Of a DNA stretch of 64,000 nucleotides, positions 40,250 through 53,835 are shown piece by piece (positions within the stretch are counted from its first letter, which is position 1; every line of letters begins with the position of its first letter). The position numbers were made by a program, and so were the translations under genes. This DNA is from Octopus vulgaris. Lineage: Eukaryota. The notes under the pieces were generated by a model. The model saw only the letters and a program-made list of their open reading frames with translations, did not search any database and was not told the DNA's origin. The stretch spans positions 47,244,001-47,308,000 of the forward strand of contig OX597826.1 of NCBI GenBank assembly GCA_951406725.2. Reading direction: 5' to 3'.

Positions 40250-40534
40250 TATGTTTGTTCCTTCTCAGCCATGCATGGATCATAAGGGCCGGTTTCACGG
40301 TTTTCTTGGCGTATAGGTTCCCCACCTGGACGGGACGCCGGTCCGTTGCAGGTGAGCTGCAAGATGCAGAAGGAAAGAGTGAGGGAAAGTTGTGGTGAAA
40401 TAATCAGCAGAAGTTCGCCATTACCTTCTGCCGGAGTCGCGTGGAGCTTAGGTGTTTCGCTCATAAACACACACATAGCCAGGTCTGAGATTCGAATTCG
40501 CGATCCCTCTAACCACTAGGCCATGTGCCTTCAC
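40250..40534 (-). mobile_element. SINE group C-related subfamily, tail type 4
   Basis: gaaagagtgagggaaagttgtgg ... gtggagcttaggtgtttcgctcataaacac ... taaccactaggccatgtgcc; a head-only relative lies at 47632-47707. Confidence 0.8.
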
Positions 40535-40692
40535 ATTGTAATAATATACATTACTATAAAATTCCCTTCTCAAATATCTATAGCCTGATGTATTTTTATA
40601 GTTCTTCATGCCATCCCTCAAATAAGTCTGATCAATGGCCTTCTCTGTCTCACAATCCTGCCATTGTTTCTTTCTCTTTTAAGTATTTTTCT

Positions 40693-40847
40693 TTGCAGCG
40701 TGGAAGGTGTTTGTAAGCCATTGAAGAAACACACAAAAGCCGTTCGATTCACTTCAATATTTTGACAAATTAAACTTAAATGTTGAAGTGAATCGAACGG
40801 CTTTTGTGTGTTTCTTAAATGGCTTACAAACACCTTCCACGCTGCAA
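40693..40847. repeat. Fold-back inverted repeat, 70-bp arms, at the end of a short interspersed element
   Basis: Arms 40693-40762 and 40778-40847 differ at 2 positions. The element runs on to about 40910; a second copy without the fold-back lies at about 46850-46965. Confidence 0.92.
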
Positions 40848-41095
40848 TTGTTTTCGTTCCAGCACACGATCTCAGATCAAATCACTTGCTATGCAAGTAC
40901 ATCTCCTTAATATTTTTTCTTTCAGACAACGTTATTCAATATAGCCTTTACTGCTGTTAGTTCAACACACAGTCCTTTCAGAAACATTTCTGAAACATTT
41001 CTGCTGATTTTTTTAATTTGATATAGGCTGTGCGACCGTGTAGGCACGTTTTTTTATGACGCAAACGTATCGATTAGATGTTAGGGAAGATATCA

Positions 41096-41188
41096 ACCCA
41101 CTTCTTCTTGCCTGTTGTATCAATACCCACTTCTTCTTGCCTGTTGTATCAATACCCACTTCTTCTTGCCTGTTGTATCAATACCCAC
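41096..41188. repeat. 29-bp perfect tandem repeat, 3.2 copies
   Basis: acccacttcttcttgcctgttgtatcaat repeated without spacers. Confidence 0.95.
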
Positions 41189-42137
41189 GTTGTAGATGCG
41201 CGACGAAAGTCATTTTAATCTTCCAATCTTTTAGCACCAATCAGTATTTGCACTGTAGCCTCTAATCCGAAGGATGACCACTTATCATGCTGTAACCGCT
41301 GCTTTTTACAATGGAACTGAGATGACATCTCCAAGACACCCAGCTTGGATATCAGAATCCTCCATTTAGTCTCATAGTGTGGTCAAAATAAATATATAGA
41401 GCTGCTCTATAATTGGTAACAGTTTGAGTGAGGGGTTTATTAAAAGAATGCAGAGATTAATACTAGACACTATTAGAGACTCCAGTCCGGATTTATAAAA
41501 ATGTTTACTGATTAGTTGACGAGTGCCGTTAAGGGTTGCGGTATTGGACTCACTACTAGTCGTTGGTACGATTCTCGGCTACTGCAGAATCCCTTACCAA
41601 GATGGACTAACGTCTCGTTCGGAGCAGAGTACTTGTAATTTCAGTCTAAACAAATTGAAAAATCCGAATAAAACCCAGCCTTGTAAGCAATGTGGCCCCC
41701 ACCTGAATTTTGTCCCACATAAACCTTTGTCCCTCAAGGCAAAACGGCTATTTATCTCCAGCTGGAATTAAGTAACCGTAGACAAGAGCCCATACCAAGT
41801 ACTGTTACCCGGAGCCAACTGAACCCTAGATTCGTGTCAGGAAGGATCGTCACGCGATAAGGCTGTGACAGAGGTCACTACCCACAGACGAAAGATTATG
41901 ATATCTAATAATATATATTAATATTACAATATATAATATCACCGTAGGAATGACTATAACAGAGAATGTGTGTTTTTAATTATTTTAGACCTACCATATG
42001 ATCTCTGAATTAATCCTTTGCCAAAAATGCTCAACTCAAGTGTATATGTTTAAGTAATGTGATACAGCAACATTTTTATATTTATAAAGGCAATAATACA
42101 TTTACATTTTAATTAATATATATTTTGTAAATGATGG

Positions 42138-42174
<37 letters not shown>

Positions 42175-42289
42175 TGTGTAGTATATTGTTAAAGTTGAAA
42201 TAATGTATTCATTTGGTTAAGTTGTGTATGAGCTAATATGTGGGAGCTAATATGCCACTGCAACGACGAAATATTTACATATATATTTG

Positions 42290-42340
<51 letters not shown>

Positions 42341-42485
42341 TTGTGTGTGCGTGTATGTGTGAGTGCGTACGCACAGACATATGCATACAAAATTGTGTGT
42401 ATGTGTATATGTAAGTATGTACACACATATATATATATATGCATTTGTATCTATGTATATATACATGTGTATATATATTTATATA

Positions 42486-42793
42486 TCACGTGATCACGTG
42501 ACCGACCAGGCCATCAGAGTTTGCTACAGATCGCTGGTCACAATGCGCTTCGCATTGTTTTAGCCTTCAAATGACGCCACCCCGCTGGCTAAGCGAGCAG
42601 GCCAACAGAAGAAAGAGTGAGAGAAAGTTGTGGCGAAAGAGTACAGCAGGGATCGCCACCACCGCCTGACTGAACCTCGTGGAGCTTTAGGTGTTTTCGC
42701 TCAATAAACACTCACAACGCCCGGTCTGGGAATCGAAACCGCGATCCTACGACCGCGAGTCCGCTGCCCTAACCACTGGGCCATTGCGCCTCC
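42486..42793 (-). mobile_element. SINE group C, tail type 1
   Basis: Near-identical reverse complement of 39335-39645; inserted in a (TA)n context. Confidence 0.92.
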
Positions 42794-43518
42794 ATATATA
42801 TATCTGCTTGCTCGTGTGTGTAGTTATATGGGAAACACTTAGGTGTAATGAAATAGAATGAAAAGCGTGTCGTCAATACTTAAATTAGTGTTCAATACCG
42901 TATTTGGAAAGTTAGAGTAACGCTCTATATATCATTCTGTCTATCTACCTAGTTATCGTTCCCTGTCGTTTGGTTAGTAACATAGCTTGCTTGTTGCTGT
43001 TCGTCCTTCATTTACGAAAAAAGCTAAATGTCAACCTCTTAGTCACGCAGGGAACTTGCTGTTCATGACTCGGGATGAATCTAAAGAAGTGGCTGTATTT
43101 CATCGTACCTGATGCGCTCGATAATCAAAACACCTCAGCGGTGGTTTGATTACGCTCAGCTATCTTGTTGATTATGTTCAAATTCCATTGGAGAAACCTT
43201 AGATCTAGGTAAGAAATTTAGAAATACACCGTACTTATAATAACCACACTGAATTATTTCAAGCGAATACTTCGCCGAAAAGGTCTAAAATGACCAAGTT
43301 ATCTGAACAATTGGCTTTAACAATTCTCAACAATTGCTCTCAACAATTGGCTTGAAACATCCGGTCTGATTTCATCCTTTTCTAAAAAAAAAATATCGGC
43401 GCAGACGTCAAGAAGTTTCCTTCCCAATCATATGGTCTGGCTTTCAGTTCAACAGCGTATCTTTTAGTATAGCTTCGGGCCGACCAAAGCCACGTGAGTG
43501 GCTCTGGCAGACATTGCA

Positions 43519-43622
<104 letters not shown>

Positions 43623-43778
43623 AAAATGCGTGGCCTAGTGGTTAGGATGTTGGACTCAAAGCACATTGGGACAGTGATGTATAGCAATATCCGGTATTCT
43701 GGATGATCACGTGGTATATATCAATCTCTCTCTGTCTCTCTGTTTCTGTCTCTGTATTTGTCTCTCTCTCTCTCCCTC

Positions 43779-43921
<143 letters not shown>

Positions 43922-44954
43922 AAAATTCTCAGTGATCCATGCAGTTGTAGTCCTATCTTACTGAGTTTTCCAATCTACAGTTCTTCAGCTTTTCAACTGA
44001 CTGCAGTAGTTTCAAGATTGCACCCAAAACAACAGATAATAGAAACAGCTATTGCTTTGTTTCAAAATTATGGGCCAGTAGAATTTGGCAAGATAAAATA
44101 TTACACATGTGGACAAATATCTCATGTGGACAAATAAATTTTGCCAAAAATTATTCCAAATATTAATTAATCTTAATCCCACTATTCTACTAGAATTCCT
44201 ATTATTACAGGATATATTTTTTATCTTCCTTGTGATACAATTCTGTCTTTGTAAATTTTGACATTTATCTTGGTCTTGTTTCCTCAATTTTCATTGCGTT
44301 TTTTCTTACCAATTTTGCTAATATTTTCTGTTTTCAGAAGAAGGATTACAAATCTTTCGAGAATTCATGAAATATAAATTCTTTTGGTGTTGGATGAAGA
44401 GAGGTTGTGATAGCATCTCATAGTTCCAAAATGCATCAATAATCAATTGAACTGAAATAGTTACAATCCAGAATAATCAGAATGGGCTCACTGACTTAGC
44501 TGATTCAGTCAGAAAGAGTCATCACTTTTTCTTTGAAGATACGATTAACAATTATAATAAATAGTTTTAATCCAAGTCCTGACTGCCGTGCGTTTCTTAA
44601 TATATAAAGCTGTACACTACTTCAAACAGTGTAGGTATATGTGTGTGTGTGTGCGTGTGCGGGCGTGTCTGCGTGCGTGTGTGTATGTGTATATGGAATA
44701 AAACAAGAAAGTGGAAAGTGTTTGGTATTATTAATTCTCCATTGCACGTCTTTCATTTGTTAATAAGAATTATAAAGATTTACTTGTTAGATAGACATGT
44801 AAGGAATTTCTTATTTGTAAATCGTCAGGCAGAGAAAAACAATATAATAATTATCCGTTCCTAAATGAAACACGTGTATTGAAAAATAAATAATATCAAA
44901 ATACTTCGATCTGCCTTCGATAATTATGCAAATAGTATTTGCATTATTCTCAAG

Positions 44955-45030
<76 letters not shown>

Positions 45031-45055
45031 GTATGTATATATGTATGTATATACA

Positions 45056-45102
<47 letters not shown>

Positions 45103-45752
45103 ACATACATATATAAATATATATAAATAAATATATAGATATATATAAATAAATATATATATATGTACATACCTGCATAAATATATACATACATGCATAC
45201 ACACATACACATATGTATATACATACATATATATGAGGCTTTACCACAGGCTCTTGTCTATGTGTGTATATGTATATATGTAAAGGTTTTCCACGGCTTA
45301 GTTTTTGACCCCGAATCAGCAGACTTATTCCTTATCCACCTGCAGGGAAATTTGGTAAAACGTATTTTTAGGAATCAGCTAGAACACAGATTGGGGCAGA
45401 AGCCCCCATTGATAGAAATACAAAGTTCCGGTCAATAGGTGTAGATTTAGCATCATTAGTGGCATACCAACCGGTGCCAGAAGTGAACAGGAGGCTAGTT
45501 TATTACGATAACATATATATTTTCCTTCATCTGTCGGGTTGCCAGTTCATGAAGTCAATCAAGGACTTTATAAAAATATGTTCCCGAACTCTCGGCTCTC
45601 ATGTACTTGTTAGTGGGGAGTATACATGAAAAAAAAATTTATCTTACGTGATGCCGTTTGTTTGTGATTAAAATATGCCCCCAGTTGGACCGTCTGTTTC
45701 CGAGGTGGGACATGGAAAGCTGATCGAAATAACAAATCATATAAATGATGGC

Positions 45753-46270
<518 letters not shown>

Positions 46271-46373
46271 GTTCTTAGGACAGTAGTAACAGTAATAGCG
46301 ATAATTGGTAGTGCTACTAATGGCATCGTGGTCATGGTTGTAATAGTTGTAAAGGTGATAGTAGTAGTAGTAT

Positions 46374-46405
<32 letters not shown>

Positions 46406-46754
46406 ATGGGGCAGGTAGGGGTAATGAATGACACAGATCATTGGGAGATCAGTATTTCTGTATTGTATTTCATTTCTTTTTTGTTGTTGTTGTTGTTCCT
46501 TAAGTTCTGAACCTGGCATTTGCTGCTGTGAACCATGATGAAATTAAATGTGGAACCGATTTACACTCAGTAACACGCGCGTGCGTTTGTTTATCTGAAT
46601 GTGTTCCTGTGCATATTTGTGTATGTGTGTGTTCGTGTGTGTGTGTATAAGTATGAATACATACATAGATATATACGTACATACATGCATACATACATAC
46701 ATATATATATATGTAGATATATATATATATACACACACACACTCACACACACAT

Positions 46755-46790
<36 letters not shown>

Positions 46791-46849
46791 AAACACACAT
46801 ATATATATATATATATAAACGACGAACATATTTTGATACAAATGAAAAT

Positions 46850-46965
46850 TAACGGTTTTTGTGTGATCTTCAATGACTTACAAATATCTTCCACGCTGCA
46901 ATTGTTTTTGTTTCAACACCCGATCTCAGATCAAGTCGCTTGCTATGCAAGTACATCACCGTAAT
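46850..46965 (+). mobile_element. Second copy of the 40.8-kb short element
   Basis: cttccacgctgcaattgtttt ... cgatctcagatcaa ... cttgctatgcaagtacatc is shared with 40834-40905, ending at the same point. Confidence 0.8.
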
Positions 46966-47749
46966 ATATTGTAAGTTTCCAAGGCTATGTTATCTAGGCA
47001 GATACCGCGTTTGCTGACAATTCGTTCCAGATGTCTGTAAACAGAAGTGTCCGTATTCGATGCCCGTGTTTACAATAAGTAGTTAGATATTTTTAAATAA
47101 CCTACTCAGAACTGCAAACGTTCCATAGAACATAAAATAACATTAATAATATGGAGAATGGAGGTGTGAACATCGATAATTTATTTTACAGTTATTTACA
47201 GCGTATTGCCATGACCTACACATGTTTCTATTGCAGCGACTGTACACTGTTGCAAATGCACCTTGCAATATTGTCAGTGTAGTTTTACAAGTCTCTGTAC
47301 TTTAGATCCGTTTCAAATTAAACTGGTCGAAGAAAGTGTTTGTTGTTCAGTGTTCAGTAGAAGGTAGCGATGTTGCTGTTTATAGGAACTTGACCTATAG
47401 CTCACTCCAGCCGTAGTTGTAGGTGGAGTATGGCCTTAAAGTTAGGTCAAGGATGTATTTTTTTGCAGTGTTCAAAGTATTTCCTAATTGTCCTGTATAC
47501 TACCTGTTGTAATTAGTACATTGTCTTCGTAGAAGTATTTAGTTAGGTTTCGTTCATCTCTTGGGGATTTTTGGTTGCTCATTTATTAGTATTGTGTACT
47601 GAGTAATATATTCCTTTAAATTGTCCAATATCGCCCGGTCTGAGATTCGAACCTGCGATCCCTCGACCGCGAGTCCACTGCTCTAACCACTAGGCCATGT
47701 GCTTCCACACATCCATCCATACATACACACAAACTCTTAAGTGCAAGGC

Positions 47750-48470
47750 TCAGAATACTTTGCAAAGACGTGGAAAGAGGAACAGGCTATATAAGAGGAA
47801 AAGACTACGCTTGCGTATGTTTCCCGTAATCTAGATAAAAATAACAAGATTAACATGAAGTGTAGCTTTTCCTTCACTCACGACCGCTCCATCAAATCAT
47901 GAGTTGAAGGCTATTTTTTCGGAATCTATGAGCTAGAAAATATCACGTAAAGTAAAGAGACAGCGAAGCCATTAAAATTCTAAGATGCAACTGCAAGTTT
48001 CGATAATGCCACACTTCTGTAGATGACATAACACATGCATTCAGCAGCTATCCAAAAATGTCTTCGAGGTACTACCTCCTTCTGTGCCATAATGTTCTTG
48101 CTAAAAAGATATACAATGCCATCTTCAGAAAAGACTTCCCGGAGATAAATGTTAACACCTGCTATGGAATACATGCATAACAGCACAAGGAATATTGGTG
48201 GGATATTCCTGTCAAAATATCTATGAGTGCAAATATAACAGACCATGGAACTATAGATAATCGGGACCGAAAAATCTAGTTGTCTCACAGATGCGAACAT
48301 TTTCTTTAAAATCTGCGAGAAGGACAATATCTATGGACATATGTCTCGAAATCTATAATCTCTCCCCTATACCTACTAATTAACATTAGTACCATTAATT
48401 ATTAGTACACTTGATTATGTCAAAAAAAGCCTAAGTCACCATCTGGAGAAACTAGGATGTTCAGGCAAAG
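47750..48470 (+). pseudogene. RLE-type non-LTR retrotransposon (R4/Dong-like) ORF C-terminal remnant
   Basis: Manual translation gives VEGYF, CKFR*CHTSVDDITHAFSSYPKMSSRYYLLLCHNVLAKKIYN (decayed CCHC knuckle and RHD/N motif), KEYWWDIPVK at 48187 and CKYNRP. Confidence 0.8.
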
Positions 48471-49037
48471 AAAGAGACCGCTAACACGAACTTTACAGAT
48501 ATAATCTCTAAGCGGTACAGTAAAAATGTGCAACACTGTTAAATTCGATATGTATTCATTATTATCATGAAAACTCCAGTGAGACAGCTCTCCTACGTAA
48601 TGCGTTTCTACCTTTTCTAATATTAAACCATTTAAACTTTTCTCTTTCTTTATATACAGTAGTTCGTGTATAAGTTACATTTTGCGCCTATATCTCAAAA
48701 TATATGTGGTGGAGAATAATATTATGTATACAGTTTAACGGTTATTCTTTTTATAGTCATTGAAATCAAGGAAAACTCATACAAAGAAAATTATCATTTA
48801 CGTACGCAAACAGTACTGCAGAAATCAGTATGTTATAACCCAGCTTAACGAATCTCTGAGTAGTAACAAAATAATCACAGTAACGCATTAAATAATTTGC
48901 CTCCAAGTCTTATATTGAGTTCTTTACTTCCTCTTCGTAGACTCAAATGCGTGTATACACAAACGTGTGTGTGTGTGAATACAATAATGAGAAGCGTGCG
49001 TTTAGCTTTTAATAGCGACGTATTTTTATGAGAGATA

Positions 49038-49257
49038 TACCGTGAGGGCTGAAAAGTTCCTGGCTTTGGATAAAAGAAAATACAGGAGGATCAGTTAATT
49101 ATGATTTTATTCAACATATTCCCTTCTCAGAATCAAACATTTATTGCAGCTATCTTTCAGTTTAACTAAGGCCTGTAAGAGAAAGCGGAAGTTTGGGCCT
49201 CCAACCAGGCCTTTCAGGAGACCATTAAAACCAGGAACTTTTCAGCACCACCTCGTA
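49038..49257. mobile_element. Mariner-type MITE (~220 bp)
   Basis: TIRs gctgaaaagttcctggcttt and aaaaccaggaacttttcagc, the right end finishing in cctcgTA; TA at both ends. Confidence 0.85.
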
Positions 49258-49380
49258 TGTATACATGTCATTATTCAGTTTTATTTCAAAATTTCCTGCC
49301 AATAGAGAAAAGGGCCGCTTTCTAACCTAGATCCAAGGCTTCTTCATTGGAATTTCAACATCAACAGAGCATTTTTGTAC

Positions 49381-49422
<42 letters not shown>

Positions 49423-49424
<2 letters not shown>

Positions 49425-49914
49425 GTCTCGTTTTATGACTACGAAGATGACTCATGAGTCCAGCTTTACTGAGGCAGGGTCTTGCACAGACATTGCATGT
49501 CAGAATCAAAGGAAGACCCTTCACTTCTGGAAGTGTAATAGCGATGCCCTTCCTGACATCCCTCCTTACTTTCTCATGTGCAACTCGAGATTTCTCAAAA
49601 GTGGCTGTCTCTACATGCACAATTCTCCTCCACCTGCTACGATCAATAGCTATGCATTTCCATGTCGAGCATGTGAAAGAGAGTGTAATTCGGCAGGAGG
49701 ACTTAAACGACAGGCAAAGGTAGATGAAGCCCATTTACAACTACAGCCGGCTATTACCAGTAAAGGTTTTAGTTGCCAATTTTGTACAAGACATTGTAAA
49801 TCTTTAGCTGGGCTAAAAAGTCACATTCGATCACAGCACCAGTAACAGATAAGCTTCGTGCAATGGCCATACTCGATAACGAGGAGGCAGCCATAATAAT
49901 AATAATAATAATAA
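49423..49914 (+). mobile_element. RTE-like LINE 3' end with inverted 5' segment
   Basis: Minus segment encodes TWKCIAIDRSRWRRIV ... FEKSR ... CNVCARPCLSKAGLMSHLRSH. Plus segment encodes two further C2H2-like fingers, a stop at 49845, a short 3' UTR and a (TAA)n tail. Confidence 0.85.
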
Positions 49915-49929
49915 TATATATATATATAT

Positions 49930-50292
49930 GCAGTCTTGTATATTTTGTTTTAATTATGTATTCAAATGCATATAGTTGCATATCTAGACATGCTCATATA
50001 TACTAAAATGATAAACTTCTGGAAGGTTTTAAAGATTTTTACAGTTCCAGTGATGAATTGAATCTGTAGTCGTCAAATCAGCTTTCTCCTTTTTGCTTTT
50101 AACAAGCCTAATTCCTCAAGATTAGTATCTAGGAAATGTGTTACATATCCCAGTGCCCAGTAATTACAGGTATAAGCATGAACTTCTAATTTGGATAGAG
50201 TAGCTGCAAATTTCAGCGTAGGTAATTTCTTTTTCGCTGACCGTTAGCTTTATGTTACCATCTGCTGGGTAGCTGATTTACACAGTCTCTCT
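49930..50292 (-). pseudogene. RLE-type LINE (R4/Dong-like) endonuclease-domain end and 3' UTR
   Basis: Minus translation across frameshifts gives ISYPADGNIKLTVSEKEITY, NLQLLYPN, LIPVITGALGYVT and RLQIQFITGTVKIFKTF, as in the RLE tail (V-x-P-x-D ... EK ... IPxxxGALG). Confidence 0.8.
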
Positions 50293-50463
50293 ATATATTC
50301 CTTGAAAGAAAGCAGCGAATGTATATGAAAACAAGGACGAAAAAAACAGAGAAATGTTAAACAAATACAAATAACAGGTGTCTTTCGACTAAGGATGAAT
50401 TAAATTACATAAAAAATGTATATAAATATATATATATATATATATATGTTCATATATACATAC

Positions 50464-50523
<60 letters not shown>

Positions 50524-50613
50524 TATTAATAGTAATGGTATGAATGAAACCTCAACATTATGTAAATAGAAGAATTTATTTGTAATATATGTGACAATTT
50601 TTTCTCATTGCTT

Positions 50614-50676
50614 TGATAACTGACGAGATGTCGGAGCAGATTTCCGCCCCGACATCCGAAACTCGGAGTTTCATTA
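50614..50676 (+). ncRNA. Type-I hammerhead motif
   Basis: tgataa CTGACGA gatgtcgg-(14 nt)-ccgacatc c GAAA ctcggag TT tcatta: intact core, perfect 8-bp stem II, quasi-palindromic stem III; the stem I 3' strand is decayed here but intact in the 35.6-kb copy. Confidence 0.7.
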
Positions 50677-50794
50677 TGGCAACCGAATAATTGTCACATA
50701 TCATATTACAGATACATATCTAGATTTGTATCTATCTATCTATCTATCTATCTAACTTTTTATCTATCTATCTTTCTCTCTCTCTCTATATATA

Positions 50795-50861
<67 letters not shown>

Positions 50862-50955
50862 TTATTTATATATATATATATATACATATATACATATATA
50901 CATATATACACACACATATATATATACATATATATATATAAATATATATACATAC

Positions 50956-51010
<55 letters not shown>

Positions 51011-51015
<5 letters not shown>

Positions 51016-51145
51016 AGCACATAAATGTGAAAGAATGTGGAAAAATGAGTACTCAAATACCAGAGGTAGAGTAATATGCTTTATTTAAAAGCAGCAGAAA
51101 TATAACAAAAGCTGTTACTCAGAGTTTCACGTTCCCCTTCGTCGG

Positions 51146-51150
<5 letters not shown>
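51011..51150 (-). mobile_element. Second copy of the 36.2-kb HHR element, embedded in (TA)n
   Basis: Aligns to 36226-36363. The HHR at 51112-51149 reads ttgt CCGACGA agg-ggaa-cgt GAAA ctctgag TA acag. Confidence 0.85.
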
Positions 51151-51219
<69 letters not shown>

Positions 51220-51619
51220 TATATATACATACATACACATATGCGCACAGAACTATATCTATTAAAATTTAGTAAGAAAGGGGTTGCCTGTGACTTCGGA
51301 GTGATAGCCTGTGTGTATCACTATGTGATAGATGATATATAAATTGATTCCATCATCAGATGCAAATGAAATTCATTATATTTGCACAGCCGCTAAAGTT
51401 ATGTATTCAATTAAGGGCGTCAATTAATTTCAGTGTATAATTAAGGTATAATGTGTTGAGATGACGTCAACTACGTGTATTGAAATACTGCAATGACGTC
51501 ATCATGTGTAGTAATTAAACATACCAGCAATATTTTAGTATATCAATGGATATTTGCTATCATAAGTTTAACATCATTACATGCATATATGCCTGTGCAA
51601 ACTGTGATACACACATGCA

Positions 51620-51718
<99 letters not shown>

Positions 51719-51721
51719 ATA

Positions 51722-51820
51722 AGAGCCTACGCTCTTCAACAGAAAGATACACAGAAAAGAAACACGGAGAGAAACAAGGAGAGAAAAAAAATGCGTGCAA
51801 AGGCTAGCGAATCAACATGG

Positions 51821-51822
<2 letters not shown>
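51722..51822 (-). mobile_element. Partial copy of the 8.6-kb HHR element
   Basis: gagcctacgctcttcaacagaaagatacacagaaaagaaac matches 8676-8716; truncated just before GAAA. Confidence 0.85.
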
Positions 51823-51869
<47 letters not shown>

Positions 51870-52222
51870 GACACTGTGATACACACATGCATATACAGAC
51901 ATATACATATACATACACGTATGCACATACACACACATACATACGCACATATATATATGTGTGTGTGTGTATGTGTGCATATGTATGTGTGTGTATTTGC
52001 ATGCGTGTATGCATATGTCTGTATATGCATGTGTGTATCACACTGTCTGCATATATTTGATGTTCACAAAGATGTATATATTTATGTGTGTGTGTGTGTA
52101 TGTATATACATATATATACAATATACGCATAAATAGGCATATTTACAGATATATACATGCAAATATATAAATAAATATACACATCTACGCATATACACAT
52201 ACGTACATACATAGGTATATGT

Positions 52223-52254
<32 letters not shown>

Positions 52255-52255
52255 G

Positions 52256-52302
<47 letters not shown>

Positions 52303-53245
52303 GTAGATATTTCAACCATCATAATAAAAGGCTTCATTTCCTTCCTAATGCCAACCAATTTATAGTGTGTATGTTTATATACTGCCGTAGGGCATCCATA
52401 GCTCTTTCTTACGATTCAACACTAAACATATGTGAGTGTGTATGTCTGTTTGTGTGTATATATATGCGTTTGTATGCGTATATATATATGTGCCTGTGAA
52501 TGTTTCTTGTGCATATAATAAAAGTCCTCAGACCGATTTGTTCACGTAAACTCCTCAACGCGGTGTCCCACTTTGGCTGCAATCCAATGACTGAAACAAA
52601 TAAAAGATTAAAGACCACTTGTAAAGAACTGAAATTACATTGAATAGCACTAGAAACAATACTTTGCCCGTAAAATACTTTTCAAAACAACGCTAACAAT
52701 AATCCATTGTTCACCAAACAATGCCTCATATTTTCCCATAAACAACCACACCTATTTATATATTTCATGTAGCAAGTGCCAGACACATAAACAGGTATTT
52801 TTTAGACGGGTGGCCCAGATGTACTTTACTGCTTGATGATCCACAAAAGAAATTATGCGAATGTACAACCTTAATAGTCAATATATTTAATAAGAGTACA
52901 TCGATGTTCACTTGCGTTGAGTTTTCTATGTCGTCTGGGCTTAGCTTTCTACTCCACGAGTAATACCACACGCACATTTCAACGTATGCATGTATGTATG
53001 TATGTATGTATGTATGTATGTATGTATCTATGTATCTATGTATATGTATATATTACCACTCCACGCAGTGGGACATAGTTTTTCTATTCGTCTGTTTGAC
53101 CTTGAAGAGGAAGCCGATAGCAAAAGAGACTTTAATGTTACTGCAAAAAAATTTAAAATATCAGACTCTGTTACATTAGTGAGTCCATCTTACGGTTGTT
53201 ATATGTGTGTGTGTGTGTATGTACGTATGTATGTATGTATGTACG

Positions 53246-53339
<94 letters not shown>

Positions 53340-53835
53340 AGGATAGATAGATAAAGCGAGATACATACATACATGCATACATACATAGGGAACTATGTTA
53401 CCACCTTCATTAGCTTGCAACTGTTTGCGCAATAAAAAGCAAAGTACTTAGAATTGAGTGTTTGTGCAACTTCCTATAGCTTCATCGAAGCCATATTTAG
53501 ATGCGTTTTGTTGTCCTTGTGCAGCTCATTTTTTAGCCTTCTCCGAAGAGATCCATGATCAAATACATAGCAGCGATGATGATTTGGTCCTTTCTTTTTA
53601 AAACAGTGAGGTTTCGTTGGCTGCTGCTTCTAGCAATTCAAACATCTATGTGGAGCCCACTTGTTAGTCCTGTACTGACATTTTATTGCTATTGTTGAGC
53701 ACGTTATTTAGCCAAATCTCTATCTGATTGAGCTCACCTATAACCAAACGTGTTCTCGATGTGGTCACCTTATTTGATTTTTGAGTTTTTGTATCGAAAT
53801 TTCAATACATAATGTATATGTATGTCCATTTGAAG

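Noticed and set aside
41096-41188. 29-bp repeats as a CRISPR array
   Set aside because: Contiguous identical units with no spacers and no cas genes.
44320-44425. Exon after the acceptor-like ttttctgttttcAG
   Set aside because: All frames stop within about 90 nt, there is no convincing donor and the peptide is unrecognisable.
49375-49845. Host C2H2 zinc-finger gene
   Set aside because: The fingers belong to an RTE-like ORF end with a (TAA)n tail; the ORF start lies in (TA)n and reads antisense LINE sequence.
53538-53575. ccgaaga-gatc-cat-gatc-aaa as a hammerhead
   Set aside because: Lacks the G of GAAA, has weak stems I and III and no second copy.
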